Source: the human T2T-CHM13v2.0 reference genome, Homo sapiens
Strand: one strand, 5' to 3'
Assembly: GCF_009914755.1 (NCBI RefSeq)
Contig: NC_060947.1
DNA length: 64,000 nt
Translations under genes and position numbers: made by a program
The notes under the pieces: generated by a model
Databases searched by the model: none
What the model was told of the DNA's origin: nothing
The model's input: only the letters and a program-made list of their open reading frames with translations
Shown here: positions 25,555-45,054 of the stretch, in pieces
Numbering within the stretch: the stretch's first letter is position 1
Layout: the number at the start of each line of letters is the position of its first letter

Positions 25555-27699
25555 TGTTTCTTTTAATTTCTTATTTTTAATCTTTGTGGGCACATAATAG
25601 ATTACATATTTATGGGTTATGCTATATTTTGATACAGATAGACAATGCATAATAATCACATCAGGGTAAAAGGGTATCCATCCCCTCAATTATTTATCTT
25701 TCCTTTGTGTTACAAAAATTCAATTATACTCTTCTAGTTATTTTTAAATGTACAAAAATTATTGCTTACTATAGGCACCCTGTTGTGGTATCAAATACTA
25801 GATCTTATTCATTCTATCTAACTATTCTTTCACACCCATTAACCATTCCCACTTTTCCCCATCACCCCACTACCAATTCCAGATGCTGGTAACAATCATT
25901 TTAGTCTCTATACCCATGAGATCAACTGGTTTAGTTTTTAGCTCCCACAAATTAGTGAGAACATGCAAAGTTTGTCTTTCTGTGCCTGGCTTCTTTCACT
26001 TAACATGATGAACTCCGGTTCCATCCATATAGTTGCAAATGACAAGATCTCTTTCTTTTTATGGCCGATAGTACTCCATTGTGTGTAAGTACCACATTTT
26101 TTTTATCCATTTATCTGTTGATGGACACTTAGGTTGCTTCCAAATCTTAGCTATTGTTAACAGTGTTGCAACAAACAGGAGTGCAGCTATCTCTTTGATA
26201 TATTGATTTCCTTTCTTTTGGGTATATACCCAACAGTGAGATTGCTGGATCATATGGTAGCTAAATTTTTATTTTTATTTTTTTGAGGTACCTCCAAACT
26301 GTTCTCCATAATGATTGCACTAATTTACATTCCCATCCACAGTATACGAGGATTCCTTTTTCCCCACATCCTTGCCAGCATTTGTTATTGCATGATTTTT
26401 GAGTATGAGCCATTTTAACTGGGATGAGATGATATCTTACTGTAGTTTTTATTTGCATTTATCTGATGATCAGTTATGTTGAGCACTTTTTCATATGCCT
26501 ATTTGCCATTTGTATGTCTTCTCAGAAATGCGTACTTGAATCTTTTGCCCATTTTTTGATCCGATTATTCCATTTTTTCTGTAGAGTTCTTTGAGCTCCT
26601 TATATATTCTGGTTATTAATCCCTTGTCAGAGGGATAGTGTGTAAATATTTTCTCCCATTTTACAGGTTGCTTCTGCACTTTGCTGATTGTTTCCTTTAC
26701 TGTGCAGGAGATTTTAACTTAATGTGACCCTATTTTTCCATTTTTGCTTTGGTTGCCTGTGCTTGTGAGGTATTATTTAAGAAATCTTTGCCCAGTCCAT
26801 GTCCTTGAGAGTCTCCCCAATGTTTTCTTTCAGTAATTTCATATTCTGAGGCCTTAGATTTAAGTCTTTAATCCATTTTGGTTTGATTTCTGTATATGGT
26901 GAGAGACGGGGATCTAGTTTCATTCTTCTGCATGTGGATATCCAAGATTCCCAGCACTATTTATTGAAGAGACTGACCTTTGCCAATGTATGTTCTTGGG
27001 ACCTTTGTTGAAAATGAGTTCACTGTAGTTGTATGGATTTGTTTCTGAGTTCTCTATTGCCTACCATTGGTCTATGTGTATGATTTTATGCTGGTACCAT
27101 ACCATTTTGGTGACTATAACTGTAGTATAATTTGAAGTCTGGTAATCTGATTCCTCCAGTTTTGTTCTTTATGCTCAAGATAGCTTTGGGTATTTTTGGC
27201 CTTTTGTGGTTGCATACAAATGTGAGGATTGTTTTTTCTATTATTATGAAGAATGTCGTTGGTATTTTGATGAGGATTGTATTGGATTTGTAGATTGCTT
27301 TGGATAGTATGGACATTTTAACAATACTGAGTCTTCCAATCCACGAACACAGAGTATCTTTTCATTTTTTGTGCCCTCTTCAATTTTCTTTTATCAGTGT
27401 TTCATAGTTTTCATTGTAGAGATCTTTCACTTCTTTGGTTAATTCCTAGGGGTTTTTTGTAGCTATTGTAAATGTGATTACTTTTTTTACTTTCTTTCAG
27501 ATTGCTCACTGTTGGTGTATATAAATGCTACTGATATTTGGATGGGGATTTATTATCCTGTAACTTTACTGAATTTGTTTAACAGTTCTGATAGTCCTTT
27601 GTTGGGGTCTTCTGGTTTTTCCAAATATAAGATCTTATCATCTGCAAACAAGGATAGTTTGACTTCTTCCTTTCCAATTTGGATGCCCTTTATTTATTT
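25555..27699 (-). mobile_element. L1MA (about L1MA2-4) segment 1: 3' UTR and ORF2 3' end
   Basis: Minus-strand ORF2-like peptides 26059-27316. Confidence 0.85.
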
Positions 27700-27705
27700 T
27701 TCTTT

Positions 27706-28251
27706 AAGTGTAAGCAAGTTTATTAGGAAAGTAAAGAAATAAAAGAATGGCTACTTCATAGGCAAAGCAGTCCCAAGGGCTGCAGTTTGGCTATTTTTAT
27801 GGTTATTTCTTGATTACATGCCAAACAAGTGGTGGATTATTTATGAGTTTTCCAGGAAACAGGTAGGCAATTCCCAGAATTGAGGGTTCCTCCTCTTTTT
27901 AGACCAGATAAGGTAACTTCCTGACATTACCATGGCATTTGTAAACTGTCATGGTGCTGGCAGGAGTGTCTTTTAGCATGCTAATACATTATAATTAGTG
28001 CATAATGAGCAGTGAGGATGACCTGAGGTCACTTTCATCACCATCTTGGTTTTGGTGGGTTTTTGCCAGCATCTTTACCACAACATATTTTATCAGCAAG
28101 GTCTTTTTGACCTGTGTCTGGTGCCAACCTCCTATCTCATCCTGTGACTTAGAATACCTAACCTCCTGGGAATTCAGCCGAGTATGTCTCAGCCTCACTT
28201 TACCCAGCCCCTATTCAAAATGGAATCACTCTGGTTCAAATGCCTTTGACA
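27706..28251 (-). mobile_element. MER41B-type 3' LTR lacking U5 (U3-R only, followed by A-rich tail)
   Basis: Matches recalled MER41B text; starts tgtcaaagg on minus next to PPT aaaagggagggaaaaaa; ends 13 nt after AATAAA. Confidence 0.85.
27850..27879. promoter_or_regulatory. Tandem GAS (STAT1) motifs in MER41B U3
   Basis: TTCCAGGAA 27850-27858 and TTCCCAGAA 27871-27879 both fit TTCNNNGAA. Confidence 0.7.
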
Positions 28252-31200
28252 TTTTTTCCCTCCCTTTTATAAAGGAACCCTTAATCCTAAGGGTTATAGA
28301 GGAATGAAGATCCATTTTCTGTAACTTCTTCAGGCTGAATAGGGGCAATGATATTCCTGCCTATTATGGTCTCTTGTATTCAGTGTAGAGAGGAACTCAG
28401 TCAGAAAGGATTGGTATGTCAAGGACCATTCATAACTCTGAGTTCTGACAAAAGATGATATCTAGGAGATTAATAAGGGTTCAATTTAAGAAAATATTCA
28501 GTAAGCTTCTCCTGCATTCCTACTCAAAGAGTATAACAGCAATATATTTCACAACAGTAAAGCAAAATTAGTAAAATTATCTCAAGTAAAATAAATTAGA
28601 AGGTTTTCCATGAACTGGTAAACTATTGGAACTAAGCTGATATGGGACTGCTAGCTGATTCCAATATATACCCAGAATTAGAATATTGATCAAGATTTTT
28701 ACATTACCCATCCCTCTTGTTTTTTCTGAGCTGCAGTCAGAGATCACTGATTGGCTCACAGGAATAAGCAGGGTTAGTCTAAATTGCAAGAAAAAAAAAA
28801 ATTAAAAACCACTGATGAGACTAGAATCTAGTAACAGGTTACTATAGTTTTTGAAAAGTATTTTTTTCTCTTCAGTCTCCCATTTTTACTAAAGACAAAT
28901 CATAATAGGACCAGTTCATTTGCAAAAATAAGCCTTAGTCTTACATTTACCCTGATTGTTTGTATAAAGTGCAGCAAGAATAATGTTTCACATAGGCTTT
29001 TAAAATTGGCTTTGATGGAGCTCTGTTCCATAAGGAATCTCAGATAAAACTTTTTTAAAAGCTCAGCCCAGCCATAGATTTGTACTCTCAAACACCTATG
29101 ACTTGGGTAAATTCCTCTACTCTTGGGTCACAAGATAACTTGTGGGTCCTGGGCCAGTCAGAAAGTGACATTCTTTACTTACCCTAGGTCGTATAGACAC
29201 TGTGTCCACAAGGTATGAGGCCAGTTTTCCCAAGGGGCTTTTATTAGCTCTACAAATCAAGTTTGATTCTTTAAAGGAAAGCATGCCATTCCAATCAAAG
29301 CATTTGTAAAGTAACCAGTTTCTCCAATTGTGTCCTGTTGCAAAACACTCTTATTGCACTTATGCAAATAACTATATTGCCATCAATTAAGCATAGTCAC
29401 AAATAGTTTCCAAATTCTGGAAAAATCAGGTAGAGAGAAACAAATATGCTCCAAATTTTGCTCACAAGAGTATACTTTACTCAATTGTTAAAAGCTGTAA
29501 ATAGCTCAAAAGAAAAGTTTATTTGACTCTGAAAAATAAAACAAAGGATTAACAACATTTTAAGCAAAAAGTCAGAAAAATACTTCAGTCTTCTATTAGT
29601 TCAGTCCATGCTGTTAACTCCTGTTTCATTTGATATTCGTAAACATCTCAGCTCTCCATGAGAGTCCTGAAAGTTTTTCCCTCTATTCTAATGTCACAAT
29701 CTCCAAAGTTTTTAGCAAACTGCATTCAAGAGCACCTGTCAAAGTCCTATAGCTGATTATAAACCACCTTTTGTAAAGGATCAAAACAAGACAACAATTG
29801 TGGATGACAAAAAGTCTTAGGACAGCCACAATTAAAGCCATAATTGAATAGGAATTTTGGTTACTTCTGTGGCATACAACAAGTTAACATAAAAATTACA
29901 ACTATTAAAGACATACACTAAGTCATATCAGAATTATAGAAGTTTTTCATAATTTTGGAACACATAATATAACAACATATTTAAACAAATACAGTCCAAC
30001 GTATGTCAAACACCATTTCATATTGACAATGGTTCCTCTATGACTTTTACATCAAATAAGCCAAATATGTCAGTTTTGGACTTTAGGGGACCTAATATTT
30101 TAAAGATTAATTTGGTCAGAAAAAGACATAATTTATAATTTGATTTTTGAAAGTTTGTCAAGTATCAAAGGTTTAAGATACTTTATATTATAAAATCAAA
30201 TCCCAGATTACCATAAGTCATTCATTTAGCCAAAATGATAGCTCAAAAATTTAAAAAGGCAAAAACCTTTACTCATTAAGAGGGAAGAAGTAGCTTTCCA
30301 ATCTGTCTTTTTTTTCCTTCTTTTTCCTGTAGTTGATTCAAAAGGCAAACTAAAATCTTTAATTTTTAAATGATTACATAAAAATCTTTTTCAAGAGAAA
30401 AACCCACATTTCACACTTGCATTAGTGTACTATTAATGTCAACCCAATTTTTACTAAAATCTTACAGGTAAATCTATCCAATCTTAATTACTTTGACCAT
30501 AAGATAAAATTCTCATAAATCTTTTATAACAGTTTACAATTTTTGTCAAAAGCACATCATTGCTCTCAGGAAACCCTGTTGTGCTTTTACTCCCATGCTC
30601 AATTTACAAATAAACTGAATAATACCCCTTTAATTTTAGCCAATATATTCACACATAGAATTTCTTTCATAAGATTAATTTTTCACAAACCTGCCACAAC
30701 TTGTTCAAACCTTTACCTTTTTCCTATCTAACTGGAAATAACTGTTCAATTCTCTAAACCAGACCAGGAAAAAAAAAATCCACATTCCCATGCCTTCTTA
30801 TAATTTTTTACCAAAACCACATTTCGCTTTCCTTACACACCTTGCATATAAAATTGTTCTTCTTTCCCAAAGCTTACTAAAGTCACTATAGTTTTTATTC
30901 TTTTGACAAAATATTTGATTTAAGTGCTTATTATTTTTAAGCCAATTAATCAGAGTTCTTTTATATGTAAACATCACACACGACACATATAAATACTGAC
31001 AGAAGATCTACTAGTTGTAAGATTTTCCATTTGCCAGTTTTTAAGTTTCTCTTTAAAGCATGCAGTTTCTATGACTTAATAAGCAGGTGCAACTGGAAGG
31101 CAAAACAAATCCCCAAAAATTAAAGGTCTAATTTTTATACTAGATCTTAGATTGTAAAAAAGAGACAAGCAGCCCATCTCTCATGGGAGTCTTATCTCTC

Positions 31201-33067
31201 AATGGGGCCTGGGGACATTTCTGTACCTTCTAGGTTGCCAAGAGCATGCTTCTCTAATTCAAACATACAAAGAGCTGACTATCTTCTCATAACTGTGATT
31301 AGCTATCCCCAAAACTATATTTCCTACCTAGTGATTATACACCAAAGCTCTCTCACAATGTAAAGTAATTTCTGATACCCCTGGAAGTAAAAAATGTCAG
31401 ATAATGCAATGCAAAACGTAACAAAGCCTTATATTTTGAGAGGGAACTATCCACTTTTAATTCCTGGGGTTCCATGAGGAAAACAGAGATTTTTCCCAAA
31501 ATGGGGTCTATGGTGCCGCTTATATATTTCCTGAAGAGTCCCAGGCTGTTAGAGCTTGAATATTTGCTTTTAATTAAGCTGACTTTTAACCATAGCACTC
31601 TAAAAAAATCCTTTTAAATCTCCTATTGCCCAGCTTTAGCCAGGCCAAACAGCCGATATTTCTAGTTTTTGAACTTTACAAAAGTAGCCTCCCAGGTGCT
31701 CAGAGGAAGGAAAATTAAAGATGGTTCATGGAAGGGAAGAGAATCAACAAATTGTAAAGGTCATGCAGATATCAAACCAGAAAGGACTCATTCCCTAAGC
31801 TAGGAATTGAACGTTAACCCAGACAGCCAGTGTGAAAAGACAAAGCCTTAACTACTAAGCTACAGCACTGGGCAGTTTCCATTGCTCTTCGAATAAGGAG
31901 TCTAGAGTAGCCAATTTTGAGCTTGTAAAGGTTTTTAACTGCTTGAGACAATTTTTAAGGCTATGATGTGAACTCCAAAATTCCTGTTCCCTCAATGGTG
32001 GAGACCAAAAAGAAGTACTGCCACGTGGTTACAAGGTTAAGCTCCCAAGAACATAGAACAAGATAAGATAAAAACTTCATCCAGTTTTGTTTGTTTGTTT
32101 CAGAGACCTGCAGCAAAGTTTGTTACAGACCAGCTTGCTGGGCTGTCTTGAACAGTGGGCTTATGGGGTCCTCAGCCCATGCTCTATCGTAAGGTGCTCC
32201 TCTTTATGACAAAACGACACAGAAAGGCAAATTTATACCACAAAGTACACTAGATTCGCTACAGCTTAAGACACATTAGCCACTCTGCTTAGCACCTAAT
32301 ATTGAACTAGCAAGGCTCGGTCTTGCTCCTGATTGTGACCTGTCATCTTTAATCCATTCAAAATGTATTAAAAGAGTTTCAACATGTGGTCTCTGGGCAA
32401 GATGGTCATCCTGAGTAACAGAAAAGGTAAGAAAGGGAAAGGAGAGAAAGGGAAATAATAAAGCATTGCCTGTGGCAGGGTGGTGAAGGCCAAGCATTCC
32501 AGGAGACCAGAGAAAGACAACCCACTCATTGCAATGACACTGAGTCAAAAGTTCAGGTGGCCACTTGTCAGTCAGAAGGGATATTGTTCAGCAGTCCCAT
32601 CAGCTCTCAAGTTTCCCCCTTTAGGAAAGCAAAAGCTCCCCATGTCCTGTGATCCTGTACATGCCGAATCCTGTCACTCACAGCCATCAGCAAAGAATGC
32701 AAGGCAGATTAATCCAAAGAGAATAGCAGTTAACATCCCATAATGCCAAATCCCTTCTTAGCCAAGAGGGACTTACTGAGGGGGCCTCTAACCCCTTAAA
32801 TCTTAGGAAGAACTCCAACCTTCATAAGGTGAGCCTCGAATCCAAGATTGTTCAAGCATTCTTGACTTTTATTAAGAGGGGCCTTTAACCCTCTCTGTCT
32901 TAGGAGAGACTCTAACTCCCTTAAGTTGAGCCTCTAACCCAATCTCATACTTTACCCAGGTAAAATGCACCCCACCACTTACCCAAAGTTGGTCAATTGA
33001 TGCTGCAGCCTATTTCCTTTGGGTTAGGGTCTCCTCAGTATTATTCCTTTGTGGTTTGCCAGGAAGG
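28252..33067 (-). mobile_element. MER41/MER4-group ERV1 internal region (no recognisable intact gag/pol/env)
   Basis: Lies between MER41 LTR pieces; PPT at ~28252-28268; PBS-like tggcaaaccacaaagga on minus at ~33045-33061. Confidence 0.75.
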
Positions 33068-33222
33068 TGTTACCAAAAGGGAATCCTGATTCAGACTGCA
33101 AAAGAGTGTTCTTGCATCTCATGCAAGAAAGAATTTTGGGTGAGTCCATATTGTAAAGTGAAAACAAGTTTATTAGGAAAGTAAAGGAATAAAAGAATGG
33201 CTACTCCATAGGAAGAGCAGCC
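33068..33222 (-). mobile_element. MER41B-type 5' LTR lacking U3 (R-U5 only)
   Basis: tgttaccaaaaggg...aagtttattaggaaagtaaaggaataaaagaatggctactccataggaagagcagcc, then L1 resumes. Confidence 0.85.
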
Positions 33223-33223
33223 T

Positions 33224-34986
<1,763 letters not shown>

Positions 34987-35127
34987 GAGAGGAGCCAAGA
35001 TGGCCAAATAGGAACAACTCTGGTCTACAACTCCCAGCGTGAGCAACGCAGAAGATGGGTGATTTCTGCATTTCCATCTGAGGTACCGGGTTCATCTCAC
35101 TACGGAGTGCCAGACAGTGGGTGCAGG

Positions 35128-35436
35128 TCAGTGGGTGCACGCACTGTGCGTGAGCCGAAGCAGGGCGAGGCATTGCCTCACTCGGGAAGTGCAGGGGTTA
35201 AGGGAGTTCCCTTTCCTAGTCAAAGAAAGGGGTGACAGACGGCACCTGGAAGATTGGGTCACTCCCACCCAAATACTGTGTTTTTCCAATGGGCTTAAAA
35301 AACGGCACACCAGGAGGTTGTGTCCCACACCTGGCTCAGAGGGTCCTATGCCCACAGAGTCTCGCTGATTGCTAGCACAGCAGTCTGAGATCAAACTGCA
35401 AGGCAGCAGCGAGGCTGGGGGAGGGGCGCCCGCCAT
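35128..35436 (-). CDS. ORF0: L1 antisense ORF0, open 102-aa version (expression unknown)
   Basis: MAGAPPPASLLPCSLISDCCASNQRDSVG... matches the ORF0 N-terminus; Kozak gcaATGG. Confidence 0.55.
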   Translation of the reverse strand: MAGAPPPASLLPCSLISDCCASNQRDSVGIGPSEPGVGHNLLVCRFLSPLEKHSIWVGVTQSSRCRLSPLSLTRKGNSLNPCTSRVRQCLALLRLTHSACTH

Positions 35437-35887
35437 TGCCCAGGCTTGCTTAGGTAAACAAAGCAGCCAGGAAGCTCCAACTGGGTGGAGCCCACCACAG
35501 CTCAAGGAGGCCTGCCTGCCTCTGTAGGCTCCACCTCTGGGGGCAGGGCACAGACAAACAAAAAGACAGCAGTAAACTCTGCAGACTTAAGTGTCCCTGT
35601 CTGACAGCTTTGAAGAGAGCAGTGGTTCTCCCAGCACGCAGCTGGAGATCTGAGAATGGGCAGACTGCCTCCTCAAGTGGGTCCCTGACACCTGACCCCA
35701 GAGCAGCCTAACAGGGAGGCACCCCCTTGCAGGGACAGACTGACACCTCACACGACCGGGTACTCTAACAGACCTGCAGCTGAGGGTCCTGTCTGATAGA
35801 AGGAAAACTAACAGAAAGGACATCCACACCAAAAACCCATCTCTACATCACCATCATCAAAGAACAAAAGTAGATAAAACCACAAAG

Positions 35888-36905
35888 ATGGGGAAAAAAC
35901 AGAGCAGAAAAACTGGAAACTCTAAAAAGCAGAGCGCCTCTCCTCCTCCAAAGGAACGCAGTTCCTCACCAGCAACGGAACAAAGCTGGATGGAGAATGA
36001 CTTTGATGAGCTGAGAGAAGAAGGCTTCAGACGATCAAATTACTCTGAGCTACGGGAGGACATTCAAACCAAAGGCAAAGAAGTTGAAAACTTTGAAAAA
36101 AATTTAGAAGAATGTATAACTAGAATAACCAATACAGAGAAGTGCTTAAAGGAGCCGATGGAGCTGAAAACCAAGGCTCGAGAACTACTTGAAGAATGCA
36201 GAAGCCTCAGGAGCCGATGTGATCAACTGGAAGAAAGGGTATCAGCGATGGAAGATGAAATGAATGAAATGAAGTGAGAAGGGAAGTTTAGAGAAAAAAA
36301 GAATAAAAAGAAAGGAGAAAAGCCTCCAAGAAATATGGGACTATGTGAAAAGACCAAATCTATGTCTGATTGGTGTACCTGAAAGTGACGGGGAGAATGG
36401 AACCAAGTTGGAAAACACTCTGCAGGACATTATCCAGGAGAACTTCCCCAATCTAGCAAGGCAGGCCAACATTCAGATTCAGGAAATACAGAGAATGCCA
36501 CAAAGATACTCCTCGAGAAGAGCAACTACAAGACACACAATTGTCAGATTCACCAAAGTTGAAATGAAGGAAAAAATGTTAAGGACAGCCAGAGAGAAAG
36601 GTCAGGTTACCCTCAAAGGGAAGCCCATCAGACTAACAGCAGATCTCTCAGCAGAAACTCTACAAGCCAGAATAGAGTGGGGGCCAATATTCAACATTCT
36701 TAAAGAAAAGAATTTTCAAACCAGAATTTCATATCCAGCCAAACTAAGCTTCATAAGTGAAGGAGAAATAAAATACTTTACAGACAAGCAAATGCTGAGA
36801 GATTTTGTCACCACCAGGCGTGCCCTAAAAGAGCTCCTGAAGGAAGCACAAAACATGGAAAGGAACAACCAGTACCAGCTGCTGCAAAATAATGCCAAAA
36901 TGTAA
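35888..36905 (+). pseudogene. L1 ORF1p, disrupted (TGA at 36275-36277 plus frameshift)
   Basis: MGKKQSRKTGNSK... and ...KELLKEAQNMERNNQYQLLQNNAKM in two frames. Confidence 0.95.
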
Positions 36906-36968
36906 AGACCATCAAGACTAGGAAGAAACTGCATCAACTAACAAGCAAAATAACCAGCTAACATCATA

Positions 36969-40794
<3,826 letters not shown>

Positions 40795-41037
40795 ACAATG
40801 AGAACACATGGACACAGGAAGGGGAACATCACACTCTGGGGACTGTTGTGGGTTGGGGGAAGCGGGGAGGGATAGCACTGGGAGATATACCTAATGCTAG
40901 ATGACGAGTTAGTGGGTGCAGTGCACCAGCATGGCACATGTATACATATGTAACTAACCTGCACATTGTGCACATGTACCCTAAAACTTAAAGTATAATA
41001 ATAATAAATAAAAAATTGAAAAAAAAAGAATAATCCA

Positions 41038-43130
41038 TGTGCTGAGAAAAAAAAATTGTATTCTGTAGCCATTGGATGAAATGTTCTGTAAATATCTATT
41101 AGATCCATTTGGTCTGTAGTACAGATTAAATCCAATGTTGCATTGTTGATTTTCCCTGTCTGAAAGATCTTCCTAAGGCTATAAGTGGGGTTTTGCAGTC
41201 TCTAGGTATCATTTTATTGGAGTCTGTCTCTCTTTTTCTCTCTAATAGCATTTTTTTATATATCTGAGTGCTCCAGCATAGGATGCACATATATTTATAA
41301 TTGTTATATCTTTTTGCTGAATTGACCCTTTTGTCATTATATAATGACCTTCTCTGTCTCTTCTGATAGTTTTTGTCTTGAAATCTATTTTGTCTGATCT
41401 AAGGATAGCTACTCCTGCTCATTTTTGGTTTCCATTTGCCTGGAGTACTTTTTCCATCACTTTATTTACAGTGTATGTGTGTCTTTATAGTTGAAGTGTG
41501 TTTCTTTTAGGCAACATATCATTGGTTCTTGTTTTCTAATCCATTCAACCAGGTCTTTCGATTGGAGAGTTTAGTCTATTTATATTCAATGCTATGATTG
41601 ATAAATAAGGACTTGCACTTGTTATTTTGTTGTTTTCTGTTTGTTTTGTGGTGCTCTCTTTCTTACTTCCTTCCTTCCTGTCCTCCTTTTAGTATAGATG
41701 ATTTTCTCTGATAGTACATTTTGATTTCTCACTTTTAATTTTTTGTATATCCTTTGCATGTTTCTTGGATTGAGGTTACCATAAGGCTTGCAAATAACAT
41801 CTTATAACCTATTATTTTAAACTGATGACAACTTCACCCTGATGGTGTAAACTAACAAGGAAAGAGAAAACTCATACAAATTCTATACTTTAACATCATC
41901 TCTGCTTTTTAAATTCTTGTTGTTTCTATTTATATCTTCCTGTACTGCCTATGTCTTGAAAAGTTGTTGTAGTTATTCTTGTTGATTGGTTCATTGTTTA
42001 GTCTTTCCACTTAGAATAAGAGCAGTTTAAACACCACAGTTACAGTGTTATAGTATTCTACATTTTTCAGTGTGCTTACTATTACCAGTATGTTTTGTAC
42101 CTTCAAGTGACTATTTATTGCTCATTAATGTCATTTTCTTTCTGATTAAAGTATTCTCTTTAGCATTTCCTAAAGGACGGGTCTGGTACTGATGGAATTC
42201 TTCAGCTTTTATTTGTCTGGAAAAGTATTTATTTCTCCTTTTTGTTTGAAGGATATTTTCACCGGATATACTATTCTAGGGTAAAAGTTTTTTTCCTCAG
42301 CCCTTTAAATATGTCTATGCCACTCTCTCCTGGCCTGTAATGTTTTCATTGAAAAGTCTGCTACCAGACATATTGGACCTCGATTGTATGTTATTTTTTT
42401 CTTTTCTCTTGCTGCTTTTAGAATCCTTTCTTTATCCATGATCTTTGGAATTTGATTATTAAATGCCTTGAGTTAGTCTTCTTTGGGTTAAATGTGCTTG
42501 GTGTTCTATAACTTTCTTGTACTTGGATATTGATATCTTTCTCTAGGTTTAGGAAGTTTGTTATTATCCCTTTGAATAAACTGTCTACCCCTATATCTTT
42601 CTCTACCTCCTCAGTAAGGCCAGTAACTCTTACATTTGTCCTTTTGAGGCTTTCTAGATCTTGTAGGTGTGCTTCAATCTTTTTTGTTCTTTTTTTCTCT
42701 TGTCTCCTTTGACTGTATTTTCAAATAGTCTGTCTTCAAGCTCACTAATTCTTGATCAGTTCTGCTATTAAGAGACTTTGATGCATTCTTCAGCAAGTCA
42801 ATTGCATTTTTCAACTCCAGAATCTCTGTTTGCTTCTTTTTAATTGTTTCAAATTTTTGATAAAGTCATCTGGTAGGATTCTGAATTCCTTCTCTGTGTT
42901 ACCTTGAATTTCTTTGAGTTTCCTCAACACAGCTCTTTTGAATTCTCTCCCAAAAGGTCACATATCTCTGTCTCTGCAGGATTGATCTCTGGTACCTTAT
43001 TTAGTTTGTTTGGTGAAGTCATGTTTTCCTGGATGGTCTTGATGCTCCTGGATGTTCCTCAGTATCCGGGTACTGAAGAGTTAGGTATTTATTATAGTCT
43101 TCACAGACTGGGCCTATTTATATCTGTTAT
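41038..43130 (-). mobile_element. L1MA segment 3 (ORF2 start, spacer, ORF1 remnant)
   Basis: Continues across the L1PA3 TSD ([14 protein letters not shown] on minus); ORF1-like antisense text to ~43130. Confidence 0.8.
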
Positions 43131-43719
43131 AATAGGATTTGAATGATGAAACCCTAGGGATTCTGGATCCACTAGAGGTTGCTATAAAAAATAATTTTAA
43201 GAAAAACCTTGTGGTCTAGTCTCTTAGAAGAAATATCTTTTGTCTCGCTCCATGTTATTAATATTACCTGTTACTGGGTGGTACTCAGCATTTTCTGGAT
43301 CTATGTTTTTATTTTTTTTGTGTAGCTAATAGGGAGCCATTGATGATGTCTTAATGGCCTAGTGGAGTCTTAATGGCTAGAATGCCTCCTTCGTTTCTCT
43401 TCCTTTCTCCTGTTTTCTATATGTTCACTGACTTATACTCAGATGTTTTTCCTAGGAGAGAAATCATGCATTAAAAAGTCAGCATTATTTCTTATGGAGC
43501 ATCCTGGTAAGAAATTTAATTGTGAGGAGAGTAGGGTGACACTGTTACTTCAGATTGTGTGTAGATTTCAATAATAGAAGTAGATGGACTCATAAATAAT
43601 TGCCAACATCCTTCACAAGAAGACTCATCAGAGAGCTGCCAGCCTGTCTGCCAACGATACTATTTTCTCAGGGTCTGTCTCATATTGTAAAGGATGAAAA
43701 TACTGGTGTATTGCCAAGG

Positions 43720-43940
43720 ATTGAGAGTCTGGAAGGGAAAGTGTACTTTGGAGTCAAACAACCCTGAGCTCAACTGCTTACAATCTGTGTGAACTTGGAC
43801 CTGTCACTTAATCTTCACAGGCCTCAAATTTCCCATCTGTTAGGGATTGTGCTTTGTGGGGTTGTTTTAAACGTTGCGTGAGATACTACATGTAGCCAGA
43901 TTCTGGCACATGAAAAGTATGTGATAAATTCTAGTTATTA
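43720..43940 (+). mobile_element. MIR SINE
   Basis: actttggagtcaaac...tgtgtgaacttggacctgtcacttaatct...gcctcaaatttcccatctgt. Confidence 0.7.
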
Positions 43941-44688
43941 TCAAAGTAAGAAGCTAGCCTTTACCTGCAAGTAGAGGTATTCAGAGGATGTAATACAACT
44001 GATTAATTCAGTCCAGAGTGCCTCATTAGTTTCTTCCTACTCTAAAACATTCAATATCCACATTTACCACTCAGCCTGAGTATGAGAACTTTCTTAACTG
44101 TTTCTCATTTTATTTCTGCCTTCTCTATTTCATAAAAACAAGTTCTTGTTTCTCTGAGCTATATGTTTTCTCCCCTGAATACATCCATACTCAAGCTTTT
44201 CATTTCCTCTTCCAAGCCTTCTTGGAGGAGGAAAGAAAGATTAAAATTTATTTCTCAATATCAAGATTTCTTTCACACCTTTACTTGCCATGTTTTCTGT
44301 ATCCTTTCATTCTTTTTTTCAGATGGTTTCTATGATTCACTTCCTTCAGGTAGTAAAAACTTAGTGCAAAATCTCTTTGGGCATGATCTTTCCAAATAGG
44401 TGATATCCTGAACTTCAAACAGGTTAACCCTCTTCACACTCACTCTCCCCAACCCTCAATTTATTAAAATGTTCCTTCTTTGCTTCAATGAACTTAGGAT
44501 TGCATCTCTGTGCATTTTCCCCACAATTTTCACAGTGAAAATAATTATGCTATCCATACACATCATTACCATTTGTCTAGATGGTAGGCACCTTAAGAGC
44601 AGGAATTATGATTGATGATGTATCCTTTCACAAAAATGAAACAGACCATGATATACCAAGAGAGCCTTCTGTAGAAAAACATCTTTGA

Positions 44689-45054
<366 letters not shown>

